Shown here: positions 14,850 through 29,933 of the stretch, piece after piece
Layout: every line of letters begins with the position of its first letter
How positions within the stretch are numbered: the first letter of the stretch is position 1
Assembly: GCF_009914755.1 (NCBI RefSeq)
Contig: NC_060940.1
Strand: one strand, 5' to 3'
From: the human T2T-CHM13v2.0 reference genome, Homo sapiens
Length of the DNA: 64,000 bases
Translations under genes and position numbers: made by a program
Notes under the pieces: generated by a model
Told to the model about the DNA's origin: nothing
Seen by the model: only the letters and a program-made list of their open reading frames with translations
Database searches by the model: none

Positions 14850-15275
14850 ACTTAGCAGTGAATTATGTTACCTGCTGGTGAGGACAACTCCAGGAGGCCC
14901 GTAATTAGTTCCCTGATTATTCACAATTGAAGCGATCACGGCTAACTGATGGTGTTCCCACAAAAACCTGTAGGAGAGCCAGGCCATTTGGCAGCAACTG
15001 CGTTCCCAACAAGGCAGATCAATTTCCGTTTGATTTGTTTAAAAATAACAGATAAACAATGCGGAGCAGCTCGCAAGGTTTGGGTTCCTCCTTTCCTAAA
15101 ATTTGAGGAAAGGAGGCCGTTTGAAATTACCAGTTAGGAATAAAACAGGCAGATCACATTCGTGGCTCAATCGGATTCCCCTATAATCAGAGCTAATAAC
15201 TGTATTTTTCTGCTACTAAACAATTCTGTTATTTTAAAGCTAACTATACCGAGCTGGCTAAATAATACTCAGGGG
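14850..15275. promoter_or_regulatory. candidate enhancer (repeat-free island with FOX/MEF2/GATA/SOX motif cluster)
   Basis: TGTTTA 15036-41, TTAAAAATAA 15039-48, AGATAA 15050-55, AACAAT 15055-60; motif evidence only. Confidence 0.35.
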
Positions 15276-15749
15276 CTGGCCACAGAGAAGACTCCCTCTG
15301 AAATGCAGCGATGATGCCCACTTTTTCCTACTTTGTTCTAATTTTGTCCCCAGCTGATGGGTGACCTGCTGACTCTTGCTGGGAGAGAGGCTGGAGGGAT
15401 GTCCAGGGAGATTTTTTAAGAAACCTAGAATCTCACACCTTTCCCTGGAATACAAAGGGAACCAACCCATGTTTCCTTGAGGATAATGAATTTTAAAGGC
15501 TTCTCGACCTGGATTCACTCATAATCTGAGCTCTTCCTTGACCTCTGCTATTTTCCAAATATCTAAATTCCGTCCCTTTCTCAGCTAAGTCCTTCAATGA
15601 CTTCCCACTGCCATTAAGATATGCCTAAGCCACTTAGGTGGCTGGCATGGCCCTGTCTGCCGGTCCCTCACCTACTTCTCTGGCCCCAAATTCCTCCATC
15701 CACCCGCAACTCCCTTTCCTTCATGTTCCCACTACACTGAATTATGATC

Positions 15750-16325
<576 letters not shown>

Positions 16326-16584
16326 CACTACTCTTCAAAGGTGCTTTTTTTTTTCCTCTTTGCATATGTGGTTTCCGTTGTCAGGATTACTCTTTCTGTC
16401 TCTAATTCTTTGCTTTCTTATTTGACTCATCTTTTGGTATTTAGCTTAGACGTGACCTCTGCCTGGAATCCTTCCAGATGCCATAGCCTTCCTCTGGAGC
16501 CAAGAGCATCCTCAACTTCCTCCATCATAGACATCTCCCCCTGTGGATTGTAATTACATATTTGTGTGTGTCTTATCGCCACCA

Positions 16585-16820
16585 CCAGGGTTTCTCAGCC
16601 TCAGCACTACTGATCTATCGACATTTGGGGCCAGATTATTCTTGGTTGTGGGGGGCCATCCTGTGCACTCTGTGATGTTCAGCACCACCCCTGGCCTCTA
16701 CGCACTAGATGATGGCAGCAGCCCTCCTCAACCCCTAGTTGTGACTATCAAAAATGTCTCCAGACATGGCCTAGTGTCCCTGGGTATGGGCAGATATGAA
16801 ATTGCTCCTGGTTGAGACCA
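16585..16820. mobile_element. MER20 (hAT-Charlie)
   Basis: cagggtttctcagcctcagcactact...aaaaatgtctccagacat...ggttgagaccact. Confidence 0.88.
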
Positions 16821-16957
16821 CTACACTAAACCATAAGCTGAGGGGACAGGAAATGTGTCTGTCTTTCTCATCCCAATTCTCTAAGCACCTAGAATAGCCC
16901 CAAGTGATTATTTGGTCTTTAATTAATGTCTGCGGAACAGAAGAATGTGGATTCTGG

Positions 16958-17248
16958 GGCCAGGAGCGGTGGCTGATGCCTGTAATCCTGCACTTTGGGA
17001 GGCTGAGGTGGAAGGATCACCGAAGGTCAGGAGTTCGAGACCAGTCCAGCCAACATGGTGAAACCCCGTCTCTGCTAAAAAAAAATACAAAAAATTAGCC
17101 AGGCATGGTGGCACATGCCTGTAATCCCAGTTACTTGGGAGGCTGAGGCAGGAGAATCGCTTGAACCCGGGAGGCGGAGGTTGCGGTGAGCTGAGATAGA
17201 TAGTGCAATAGCACTCCAGCCTGGACAATGAAGAGCGAAACTCCATCT

Positions 17249-17281
<33 letters not shown>
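16958..17281 (+). mobile_element. AluSq/Sp-like with about 32-nt poly(A)
   Basis: aagagcgaaactccatctc; long pure A tail. Confidence 0.92.
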
Positions 17282-17283
<2 letters not shown>

Positions 17284-17409
17284 AGATTCTACACTGAGCA
17301 GCAAAGCAAATCAGGTCAAAGTGAAAAGACCTGAGTTCCCCTCCTGGATGTGCCAGTCCCTGGCTGCATGACTTGGAGAGGCCCAAGTTTGGTTCTTTGA
17401 AGTGACTTG

Positions 17410-17570
17410 AATGAGCATCCTTGTGTGGTCACAGACAGCAGCATCAGCATCACCTGGGAATTTGCTAGAAATGCTCATTCTCTGGATCCCCCAGACCAGT
17501 GAATCAGAATTGCAGGGAGGAGCTCTGAAATTTGTGTTTTCACAAGCTCTCTAGGAGTTTCTGATTCATC
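17410..17570. mobile_element. MER5A
   Basis: cagcagcatcagcatcacctgggaatttgctagaaatgc. Confidence 0.8.
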
Positions 17571-18281
17571 CTTCCTCAGTTCTCAGATCACCCCTGGCCA
17601 ATCTTAGAATTCACCTGGAATGCTTTTTAATAAAGGATGCTTAGGAGGCTAGATTTTCCCGGTCCAAGTGCATAAGAAGCTCTGGCATTCAGGCTGGCCA
17701 TCGGTGTTTTTCACCTGCTTCAGGTGATTCCAATGCACACACAGCCAGGACTGAGATGTTCTCGACGCGCAGAGGCTGTTCTAAATCTCTGTGCTTCCCA
17801 CGTTAAAGCTTTTGGGAACTGCATTAACTCTTTCAGTCCACCAGAGGGCCATTTACAGTGCTAGGAAAGGGACAGGGTTATCATTTCATGTCCTGGGGCA
17901 CATGGAGCCATAGACCATAAGTACACAGGTAGAAGTAAGTGTCCAAGACCTTCCTCTCTAGCTGTACCTGGAAAAATACCAGACCGGAATGTGAAGCATC
18001 AGAAATGACTCTAAGGCTTGACTCATGCTCTTGCAATAACCCTGGGACAGCCAAGAGGAACAGGCCAACCTCAACCAGGATTCTCTATTTAACCCACTAG
18101 TTTTAAAAGCCATGTCCAAGAATCCTCTCTATAAATTCATTTTTGAAGCCCTCCGTGTCCCTGGGTTCATGAAAGCTTTTTTGTTCAGAAGGTGGCTGCA
18201 GTTTATTATACAGAGTAGATGCGAAGCCAGACATACCTGTGTTTCTGAGAACCTGTTTCCCTCCTCTGGATCTCAGATTTT

Positions 18282-18579
18282 ATTATTTTAGTTTTTTGAG
18301 ACAGAGTCTCACTCTGTTGCCCAGGTTGGAGTGCAATGGCATGATCTCGGCTCACTGCAACCTCCACCTCCGGGTTCAAGTGATTCTCGTGCCTCAGCCT
18401 CCCGGAGTAGCTGAGATTACATGTGCCTGACACTACACTTGGCTAATTTTTGTATTTTTAGTAGAGATGGGGTTTCACCATGTTGGCCAGACTGGTCTCA
18501 AACTCCTGACCTTAGTTGATCCACCCACCTCGGCCTCCCAAAGTGCTGGGATTACAGGCGTGAACCACCGCGCCCAGCC
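18282..18579 (-). mobile_element. AluSx/Sz-like
   Basis: reverse dimer; TSD tgga(t/c)ctcagatttt. Confidence 0.92.
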
Positions 18580-18690
18580 TGGACCTCAGATTTTAAATGA
18601 GGGTAATGAAGCTTAGCTGGCTAGGCTGCGATGAGGTTCAACATAGGTGAACAGGTGAAACACCAGCCTCAAACAGTCGCTTAGTAACTC

Positions 18691-18761
18691 TGTGGTTCTC
18701 AAAAGCACCCTGGGATGTGGTTCTCAAAAGCACCCTGAGATGCGGTTCTCAAAAGCACCCC
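18691..18761 (+). repeat. 25-bp tandem repeat x about 2.8 at a MER5A-like terminus
   Basis: tg(t/c)ggttctcaaaagcaccctg(g/a)ga repeated. Confidence 0.9.
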
Positions 18762-18869
18762 GACACCAGCAGCTTCGTCAGGAAGCTTGCTAGAACTGCA
18801 CATTTTCAGATGTCTCCTGCCCTACCCCCGCCGCAAGAAAAATACTGAATTGGAAACTTTGGGGGTGGA

Positions 18870-19040
18870 ATAACTTAGCCTCTCTGAGTCTCAATTTTCT
18901 CATTTTTGAAACCAGAATAACAGTACCTGCATCTCAGAGACCCACTGTAAGGGTTAAATGAGCTATGTACATCAACTTCTTAGCACAGTGCTGGCATACA
19001 GCAAGAGCTCAGTAAATGGTAGCTTTCACTGTTATTGCAA
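18870..19040 (+). mobile_element. MIR
   Basis: cctctctgagtctcaattttctcatt...ttaaatgag...agcacagtgctggca. Confidence 0.8.
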
Positions 19041-19257
19041 TTATTATCATCTTCAAAGCTCCCTGCCCCATGCAAGCCTTAGAAAGAATCTTTCGTCAGA
19101 ACTCTGCACAAGTATCTCTTATTGAACTTTGCAAAATACCGTATTTTGGCTCTGAATGCTCCCTGTGGACTACAACTTGCAGAGCAGGAGCTCAGTACAC
19201 CAATATGCCCTGTGAATACCTCAGCCAACATTATAACTCATTCTGAGAGATGCCATC

Positions 19258-19641
19258 TGTGTTAGTCCGTTTTCACACTGCTATAAAGAACTTCTCTGAG
19301 ACTGGGTCATTTATAAAGGAAAGAGGTTTAACTGACTCAGTTCTGCATGGTTCGGAGGCCTCAGGAAACTTACAATCATGGCAGAAGAGGAAGCAGGCAC
19401 TTTCTTCACAAGGCGGCTGGAGAGAGAGGAAGAAGCACAAAGGACTAACTTCCAAACTCTTATAAAACCATCAGATCTCATGAGACCTCACTCACTATTA
19501 TGAGAACGGCATGTGGGAGATTGCCCCCGTGATCCAGTCACCTCCTTCTCTTGACATGTGGGGATTACCAGTCCCCCTCTTGACTCGTGGGGGTTACAAG
19601 TTGAAATGAGATTTGGGTGGGGACAGAGCCAAACCATATCA
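19258..19641 (-). mobile_element. THE1D/MSTA-type MaLR solo LTR
   Basis: gaggcctcaggaaacttacaatcatggcagaag, gagatttgggtggggacagagccaaaccatatca; 5-bp TSD ccatc. Confidence 0.9.
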
Positions 19642-21206
19642 CCATCGCTCGGAGCAATACAACTATTTACTGTAGGGTCGCATTATGGATTGTGATCTAT
19701 TTAGTTCTACCCCGCTGTCAGAAAGACTGGCTTTCCCTCCACCAACCAGGAACAAGCGAATGGGCTTGGGGCAAGGAAAAGAACAACAAACAAACAGCAA
19801 ATAGGACCTGAAAAATATTACACTCATGGTCAGAGAAAATGAAAAAGATACTGCAGGAGGGAAACTGAGTCAGCTCTGAGTGGCCTTGCGGCAGTGACAG
19901 AGAACTTTCCAGACGAATCCATGGAGGCAGAGGGGTGTCTGATATTTGCATCTGCCAGCTGTCAGAAAGAGCTGGATTTTCAAGGTGGAAGAGAGATAAG
20001 TGGAAGGTGGGATTGAAATTTACCTTCATGCAGGTTTCAGTAATCAGGGTGAGAAGTAGAGAATCCTCAGCTGAAGATAGTTACTTTCTGCAAAAGTGGG
20101 CTTTCCTTTCTTTCTCTTTTCTTGTAAGGGATTATTTTCCTGCTCAGTCTCCTGAGTCTCCCCCAGTGGCCCCAGCATCTATGACCCACCATTCCCTGAG
20201 GGCTTAACTGGTCATTAGCTAAAAAGAAGTTGAATGAAGGTGGGGCTCTCTGCAGTTATTAAGGGTTGAGAATGCAAATGCCATGAGAGGGAAGAATTTA
20301 TCTGAAACATATGAGCAACAGCAAACAACGGACACTGAGGACTAAGGAATGCATGCCTCAATTAAAAGCATTTACATTGAAACGCAAAATTAAAGCCAAT
20401 TACATTGATAAAACTAATGAAATATGGTATTAATACATAACACACTTATTGCCTGTGTGACTTAACTGTGTAATAACAATAAGAATGGCAGCATAGGACT
20501 AGATTCCAGTTGCTGTGGCCTCAAAAGGGACGGATTTGATCGTACTTGTTCCCACTTCCTGGAAAATAGTGGCTTTTCATGATCTGGCAGCTGAAGCAGC
20601 AGCACCATGCTGCTGTAAGTGCTGCTGATGGGGATTTATTCAAATGTGAATTAGACGAAGCTGGTTTGGACAGGCGATGAGTCGGGGAACGCTGGGACAT
20701 CCTCCCTGTGACAAAGTCCTTTCACAAGCAAAGACTCCCCAGCCCAACAGTGATCCCTGGGTGTTTCAAGAAATCCATTCAGCCTGAAGTCTGAATGCCA
20801 GCTCTGCTACTTTTAGCTGCATGATCTTGAACTTGTTCTGAATGGCTCTGACTCAGTTTCCCCATGTGGAACATTGGGAAGATTACACTTACCTCTTGGA
20901 ATTGCCATGAATCAAAGACATTGTTGACTAAGTGTCCAGCAGTGTACCCGGCACACAGTAGACTTTCAACCAATAGTTCTTATTGATAGTATTATTATCA
21001 TTTATTACTGCTACTACCACTACATCCCTCCAAAAATTGATCCAGGATGGGTGTGTCAAATGGCAGGGTAAATTATTGTTAAGAATGGAGGAACAGCAGA
21101 CTACAGAATTTTAGGAGAATGTATTATTCTTAGGAGATGCATGCTGAGTTATCAGGGGTGAAGCATCATGATATATGAAATTTACTTTCAAATGGTTCAG
21201 AAGAAC

Positions 21207-21208
<2 letters not shown>

Positions 21209-21272
<64 letters not shown>
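21209..21272 (+). repeat. (TG)n(AG)n compound microsatellite
   Basis: directly visible. Confidence 0.97.
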
Positions 21273-21273
<1 letters not shown>

Positions 21274-21374
21274 CTCCTGAGAGAGCAGAAATTGCTGTGT
21301 CAACAATTTTGAATCTAAGGCAAAAGATACGCAGATGGTCATTATACTATACTATTCTTTCAGCCTTTGTCTGG

Positions 21375-21580
21375 AGCCAGGCTTCCTACGTTCAAATCTT
21401 CACTCTCTCACTTACTAGCTATATGATAACTTCTGGCAAATTAAAGAAACACTCAGTGCCTCAGTTTCACCATCTTAAGATGAGAATCATTAAAATGCCT
21501 AACTCAAAGGGCTTTTGTGAGGACGAAATGAGTTAATGTACTTAGAATCATTTATTGAATTAGGTGCTCAATGTGTGCTA
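21375..21580 (+). mobile_element. MIR
   Basis: gtgcctcagtttcaccatct...ttttgtgagga..aaatgagttaat. Confidence 0.8.
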
Positions 21581-21649
21581 ACTCCATAATTAGCTGTTTG
21601 TGATTAGATACATGTATAAATAGATGGGTTGATAGAGGTGGATAATAAG

Positions 21650-21780
21650 ATGGGGAGAGGAAGGAGGGAGAAAAAAGTGGAAGGAAAGGAGGGAGGAAGG
21701 AAGGAAGGAATGAAGGAAGGAAGTAAGGAGGGAGGGAGGAAGGAAGGAAAGGAGGGAGGAAGGAAGGAAGGAAAGGAGAG
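21650..21780 (+). repeat. GA-rich (GGAA/GGGA)n tract
   Basis: directly visible. Confidence 0.92.
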
Positions 21781-22795
21781 ACAGCTGGAATATCTCATCA
21801 CTCATAGTGAGTAATGTTTTATTTGTAGTTTTCAGTAAACTTCAAGTTTCTGCACTTGGCATAAATGAGGTAAACATTATCAATGAGGTAAACGTTATTA
21901 CAAACATATATGTAAATTATATAATGCCCCTACCCAGGTTCCAGCCTGCAAACCCAGCTAGAAGACGTTGTTCTTTCCACACAGGTGTTCATCACTCCTT
22001 GCGGGCATGGGCAGGAGCTTGGAACAGCAGAGTTTTTGAGACCTGGAGTGATCCCCTGGCACCCAGAGTAGAGGTGCCCTTGCTTCCCTTCCATCTGCTC
22101 CTTCTCACCTGCCCTCCAAAGTCAATTTCAGTGCCATCTCACTGTCAGTGGTGCCCTTGTGGATACGGGAGTCCTGTTCGGCCGAGGATGGAGTCTCCCT
22201 AATGGTAATGCATGCAGAATAGGACTGGCACCTGGATTGCATTTTAAACACATTCCGCACCATTAGGCCATCCTCATCATTCACAGGACTGACGGCAGAG
22301 TTGCGGGGGCCTCCAGGCCCAGCAGCAAGTCCAGCCGGTTCATCCGGTCGGGGCATCCTGCCAAGACCCTTCAGCTGTGAAGCGGCCACTCTAGGCACAG
22401 GTGGGGAGACCTGATGAGCAGAAAGCAGCCTGGAGTCTGCCTCCTGGGAATGGGAACAAGGATTAGGGGGCCAAGCCCTGAGGAGCATCCCAGCCACTCT
22501 CCTGGGGGCACAGATTCTACCCATTGGAATAATAAGTGCTTTCTTTTTCACGCGCCTCTCTCCAACTTGCTCTAGCACTGCAGCCACTCTAACCTTATTT
22601 TCCTTTCTCCAACACACCTGGAACTTTCTTTACATGGGACCTTGACACAGGCAAATCCTTCTCTCCAGAACATTCTTCCTTCTGCTGGTTCCCTTCTTGC
22701 TGTCCAACTCACCTCCCCAGGAAGCCCTCCTAGATCTCATAATATCATAATATCAAGAGGTTGTCCCTGCCTCATTGTCTTTTACCTTTTATTTA

Positions 22796-23068
<273 letters not shown>

Positions 23069-23359
23069 CTTTTATCTTGATACTTTCTTTCTTTTCCTCT
23101 GTGCCTCAGCTTCCTCCTTTGTAAGTGGGGTAACAATTGTGCGGAATGTGCTCTATTTGGTCAACTTTTCTACCATGTTCTACATTCCTTTGGCTGATCA
23201 GTTGGTTCTCATGTCCTCTGTCTGGATTCAGTCAATGAGAGGCAGGCAGAGAGGAGATGGGACTATTGATTGATCCCCTGGGCTTACATGCTTACCTGTT
23301 GGGTGGCGCTGAGTTCCTCTTTTCAAGCTTTCTGATGGACAGCTGTGTTCTTGGCTCTA

Positions 23360-23684
<325 letters not shown>

Positions 23685-24568
23685 TTTGGCCATTACTTTT
23701 AATGAAAGCGTCCCTCCGGTGTTCCTTCAGCACCAAGGGTGGTAACAGCTCCCTGATGTGGCCAGCGCCTCGGTGCTTCACTGTCCCTTGTTGGTTTCCT
23801 TGGGTCCTGCCCACACCTTTGTAAATTGTCCCTTCGCTGCACTAGCCTCAGTAATGGCTCAGACAGTGTCATCTGCTACCTACCAGGACTCTGATCCACA
23901 TAATAATAGTCCCTATCTCATATGTTGTGAGGATTAAAATGATTTCAGTGCAGGATACACAGTGCTAAGATTATTATTTGCTATTATTCTCCTTCCTCTC
24001 ACTTATCACACTTTGCACTTAGTTGCAATGCTAATTGCTCACTACTTTTCCCTCTGGTTAATTGACAATTTGCATGAAGAGGGAGTCTCTGTCTGTGCCT
24101 GTTCATTCAATCTCGTGATGGTCCAGTGTTAGATGCAAAATAGGTCCTCAGAAAATATCTGATGAGTGAATAAATGAATGAATGAAAGAATGAGGGTTGG
24201 TTTTCACTTTCCAAAGCACTTTTATATATCATGTTGAATTGTGTGGTAGCATGCATATTCGATTGGTTTTGTTTGATAAACACAGTAATTTCACAAGCCT
24301 TTACCTATTACATTATCCTCTTTGATCCATGAAGAATAGTCACAATTTAATAAATAATTAGACTGAGAAGAATGGAGGGAAAAGTAGAAGGGGGAAATGC
24401 TGCCTGAGAACCTATTATGTGCTCAGATTTTCCATTAGCATTTGATGGACATGATTTATTTTGATTTTCACAATGGTTATTATCATAACGACAGAAGCAT
24501 CATTATTCCCTAGTTTACATATGCAGAACACAGGACAGAGAACAGTTGGAAGACTCACCCGTAGTTAC

Positions 24569-25076
24569 TGTATTAGTCAGGGTTCTCTAATGGGACCGAA
24601 CTAACAGGATAGATGTATATATAAAGGGGAGTCGATTAAGGAGTATTGACTCACACAATCACCAGGTGCGCTCTCACAATAGGCCATCTGCAAGCTGAGG
24701 AGCAAGGAAGCCAGTCCAAGCTCCAAAACAACAAAAGGAGGGAAGCCCACAGTGCAGCCTTCAGTCAGTGGTCAAAGGTCCAAGAGTCCCACAGCTGAAG
24801 AACCTGGAATCCGATGTTCCAGGGCAGGAAGCATCCAGAAAGGGAGAAAGATGGAGGCTGGGAGACTCAGCCAGTCTATTCTCTCCATGTTCTTCAACCT
24901 GCTTTTATTCTGGCCGCGCTGGCAGCTGATTAGATGGTGCCCTCCCAGATTGAGGGTGGGTCTGCCTTTCCCAGTCCAGTGACTCACATCTCCTTTGGCA
25001 GCACCCTCACAGGCACACCCAGGAACAATACTTTGCATCCTTCAATCCAATCAAGTTGACAATATTAACCATCAGA
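24569..25076 (-). mobile_element. MLT2A (MLT2A2-like) ERVL solo LTR
   Basis: tgtattagtcagggttctct...caatccaatcaagttgaca...aaccatca; TSD gt(t/c)ac; inserted in a MIR. Confidence 0.9.
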
Positions 25077-25452
25077 GTCACCAAGCTGGAGGGTCATAGA
25101 ACTGGACTCCAGACCTCATGTGTTTCACTCAAAATGTCATGCTTTTCCCACACAGCAGTTATCCCACTGAGAGACCCCAGAGAGTCTCTTATAATGCATG
25201 CAGGGAAAGGTATAAACAAGTATCTGTTTGTAATAGCAAAACAAATGGCAGCAACCCCACGTGTCTATTGGGGGAGAAAGGGTAAATAAATTGAAACATT
25301 TAAACACTGAAATAGTGTGGCCATAAATGTGAATGAACTAGAGGTGCACATATCACCTGCAATAAGTGTGAAGGAAAAAACAAATTGCCAGAAAATTCCT
25401 TAGTGTAATACCATTTTATATCAAGGTTTACAAATATACAAAACACTGCTAT

Positions 25453-25760
25453 GGTTGGGAGTGGTGGCTCATGCCTGTAATTCCCACACTTTGGGAGGCT
25501 GACGCAGGCAAATCGTTTGAACCCAGGGGTTTGAGACCAGCCTGGGCTACACGGTGAAACCCTGTCTCTACAAAAAATACAAAAAAAATTAGCCGGGCAT
25601 GGTGGTGCATGCCTGTGGTCCCAACTGCTCAGAAGGCTGAAGTGGGAGGATCGATTGAGCCCAGGAGATCAAGACTGCAGTGAGCTGAGATGACACCACT
25701 GTACTCCAGCCCGGGCAACAGACGGAGCCCCCATCTCAAAACAAAAGCAAAAACAAACAC
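25453..25760 (+). mobile_element. AluJb-like
   Basis: gtgggaggatcgattgagcccaggag; A-rich tail. Confidence 0.9.
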
Positions 25761-26312
25761 AAAGCACTACTGTGCTTTATTTAAGGATACAACTATGTCA
25801 TTACAAAGTGCTCACATTCAAGAAATCACACATACCAAATTCAAAATTGTGGTAGAAGGGATTGGATGATACTTTAGGGGAGTGACTTAGGGGTCTCCAT
25901 GGTTCCTGTGATGCTTTTCTTAAGAGGGGAGGGGGTTTGCTATATTATTTTATACTTTTTTCTTCTTAACAGAAATGTCTCATTTATAAAAAAGTGGTAC
26001 CTTGCCTAAGGACACCCAGCTGGTTAAGGATGGAGCTGGACATGTACATAAGCCTTGCGACTCCTGGCTCAGTGCTCTTTCCCCTGCGGTGAGCTGTCCA
26101 AAAACGGGGTAATTATCTCCCTTGTGCAACTTGGGAAGAGGTGAAACGCAATGTTGAGTAACCCTTCCTTGCTTCCTTCCTTCCCTGATTACAGCCTTAC
26201 CAACACCCCGGATACCTTCTTTCAAGTTGTTCATGTTGCCTGCCTCTCAGAGTATAGTTTGGTTTCTGCACGGCTTCAGTGCAAAAAAGAGAAACTTCCT
26301 TTCATTGACTCA

Positions 26313-27100
<788 letters not shown>

Positions 27101-27851
27101 ATCACATCATCTGACTCTCCTAAGGAAAGAAAGATAAGCAGGCCTGTGGTCCAGGTACAAACCATCTAGACACAGGCACTTACATGCCATCTGCACACAT
27201 GTGCTTAGATGGGATCTAGGATAAATAGAAGTTTGCCAATCCCTTGATTAGCCCTTGCCATAACTTCTACCTGTTCTTTGGATAAGAGTCAAAATCTTCG
27301 GCAAGACCTTCCAGGCCTGGCCCAACTGGTCCCTGCCTGCTTCCTGCCTCAACCTGGGCCACTCTCCCCATATGACTCACAAGGTTCCCACACATAAGTC
27401 TTGTTGTTGTTTTATTTTGGTTTGGTTTCTCCAGTTTGCCAAAACCTTGTCAATTCAGGGCATCTGCATCAGCTTGTCCCTCTGCCTCAAAAGTGCCTTC
27501 CCTCACTCTTTGCCTGGAAAACTTATTCTAAATCTTCCATTCTTGCCCTAACAATGATTTCTTCAGGGAAACCTTCCCATTCTTGATAGATTCCTAATAT
27601 TTATATATCTCATAGGACGATGTTTTCTCCTTCATAGCCCTGATCGTCTATTATATTTTCTTCTTTTTCTGTGCATTTATGTTTCTTTGACCGTCTCCAA
27701 CAATGGAATTTAATTCCACTGGAGCAGAGACTGTGTTGGACTTCAGTGTCCCTCCACTCTAACCCAAAATATGCACCATCGCCCTACTTTCTCAAAGTGA
27801 AGGTCTGGGCAGATCACCTCCATTTTCAAGACTAGTTAAGATAATAAATGT

Positions 27852-28191
<340 letters not shown>

Positions 28192-29295
28192 TCATTTTCT
28201 AGAGTTAAATTTAAATTCCTTAGCCTGGCATTTACGGTCACATTTAATTCATCTCCTTCTTCATTCATTCAGCAAATATTTATTAAACACCAACATGCTC
28301 CAGGCACTGTTCTAGGCAATAACATACCTTTCCTCCTTTATCTTCCCTCCACTCCTCACTAAGTCATCTGCCATTCAAACCACCTCAACTTCATTCACAT
28401 TACTCAAGTTTTTCTCTAAACCACATAGTAAATACTATTTTTTCCATATTTTTCACTCAAATTCTTTCTTTTGCCTAAAATGCCTTTCTCACTCTGTATA
28501 TTTCCAATAACTCCTCACCTATCTTTCAAACTCCACCCTCATTATTTTATGCAAAAATATTTATTAAGCACCTTTTATGCATGTCCTGGTCTCATACATC
28601 GGATTGGACATGCAAGAGACCAGGAAGTGCATACAAAGTGCTTAATAAATATTTTTGCAATTGGAGATTCCCTGGGGGGATGGGGGGGATGGGAGGGATG
28701 CAGGTCACGCGTGTGGCTCTTCACTGTTCTTACGCAATGTCTGACGCATAGTCAGTGCACATGGTCTGCTGAATTGTGGGGAGGAAAAAACAGCTTGAGA
28801 AGCCCCTTTCGCTTTCAAGGCTTAAAGCCTCTGAGCCAAGGGTCTCCAAATATTTTCGATCATGAACACCTCCCTCCAAAAAAGTGAATGGGCACCCCAG
28901 TATTAGATTGATTTTATATTTAAACATTGAATTATATACTCTTCATATGATAATGCACAAGCCAAAGAAAGAGACTGAAAGCATGAGATTAAAGAAAGTA
29001 AAATTCAGTAGAAATTCTCACAGTTTTCATCCAGCATTTCTTGGATCAAGTTACCCATCCCCATTTTAGAGACTGGTCTAACCTCAGAAGATAACTGACT
29101 CTGGCTCACATGGCGGGGCTAAGAGGATCTTTCGGGAAAGGCAACGCATTTTCGTTGCAATGACAGAGAAGTAGTTGGCCTGGGGCTTCTACGTCTGTTG
29201 CTTCCCATGACCCTGGCATCTCTGTTCATTGGAGCTTCCTTGGATCTTGCCCCTTGAAACTAACAGATCAGCTACTTTTTTCCTCCTCTTCCTTG

Positions 29296-29344
29296 CCTCA
29301 TCCATGACCTGGAACTGACCTCATCCATGACCTGGAATTGACCT
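29296..29344 (+). repeat. 23-bp tandem duplication
   Basis: cctcatccatgacctggaa(c/t)tga x2. Confidence 0.9.
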
Positions 29345-29933
29345 GCCTATCATTGAAATAATTGAAATTGAATTATTTCCACTATAATTTCATTGAAATA
29401 ATAAGCAGCAGGCTGTAAATCCGGGTTGAACTTGAGAGCTGGCTAGGAAGGTACCAGGCCCTTCTCTTGCTTGGGGTTTTCCTGCAGATGAAGCAGCAAC
29501 TTTGACTTCTCAAGGTAGGCGGGGAATTTCTGTGAATGTCTCATGCTTGGAGAAAGCAAACCTGCCAGGGGACGTGTCCCAATACTGTTTTCTTCCGTGC
29601 ATCACAACAATTTATGAAGAGCCACGCCATCGCCACCCTAATCCTGCTGGCTCCTTCTCAAGGCAAAATGAGTTTCGGCTGCTTCCCCAGGTGTCTCTAG
29701 CCCCACCTCTGCAGGAAGCAGCCCCCTTAGAAACTGCCTAGCCTTCATCTCTGACACCCTGTCAAGGCCAGCACCCTGAGCCTGGCCTGGGCACATTGTT
29801 TAGGCCTAGGGCTTCAGCACAAACTCTTTGCCAGGTGCCCCCTCTGGGAGTGGCCAGGAACTTGGGAGTAAAACCGCCAGATATCCTATTAAGATAACCA
29901 GTTCTTTTCATGCCCTGGGCCCTGCATGGCAGT

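Noticed and set aside
18691-18761. CRISPR-like direct repeats
   Set aside because: Contiguous tandem units without spacers, eukaryotic context, no cas genes
20597-20625. Short hairpin cagcagca-cca-tgctgctg (similar 6-9 bp stems at about 2147 and 15627)
   Set aside because: Stems this short are expected by chance; too small for a pre-miRNA
21650-21780. GGAA microsatellite as an EWSR1-FLI1 enhancer
   Set aside because: Only short uninterrupted GGAA runs; heavily interrupted
22105-22617. 170-aa minus-strand ORF in GC-richer unique sequence
   Set aside because: No recognisable homology or splice structure; length is compatible with chance in GC-rich DNA
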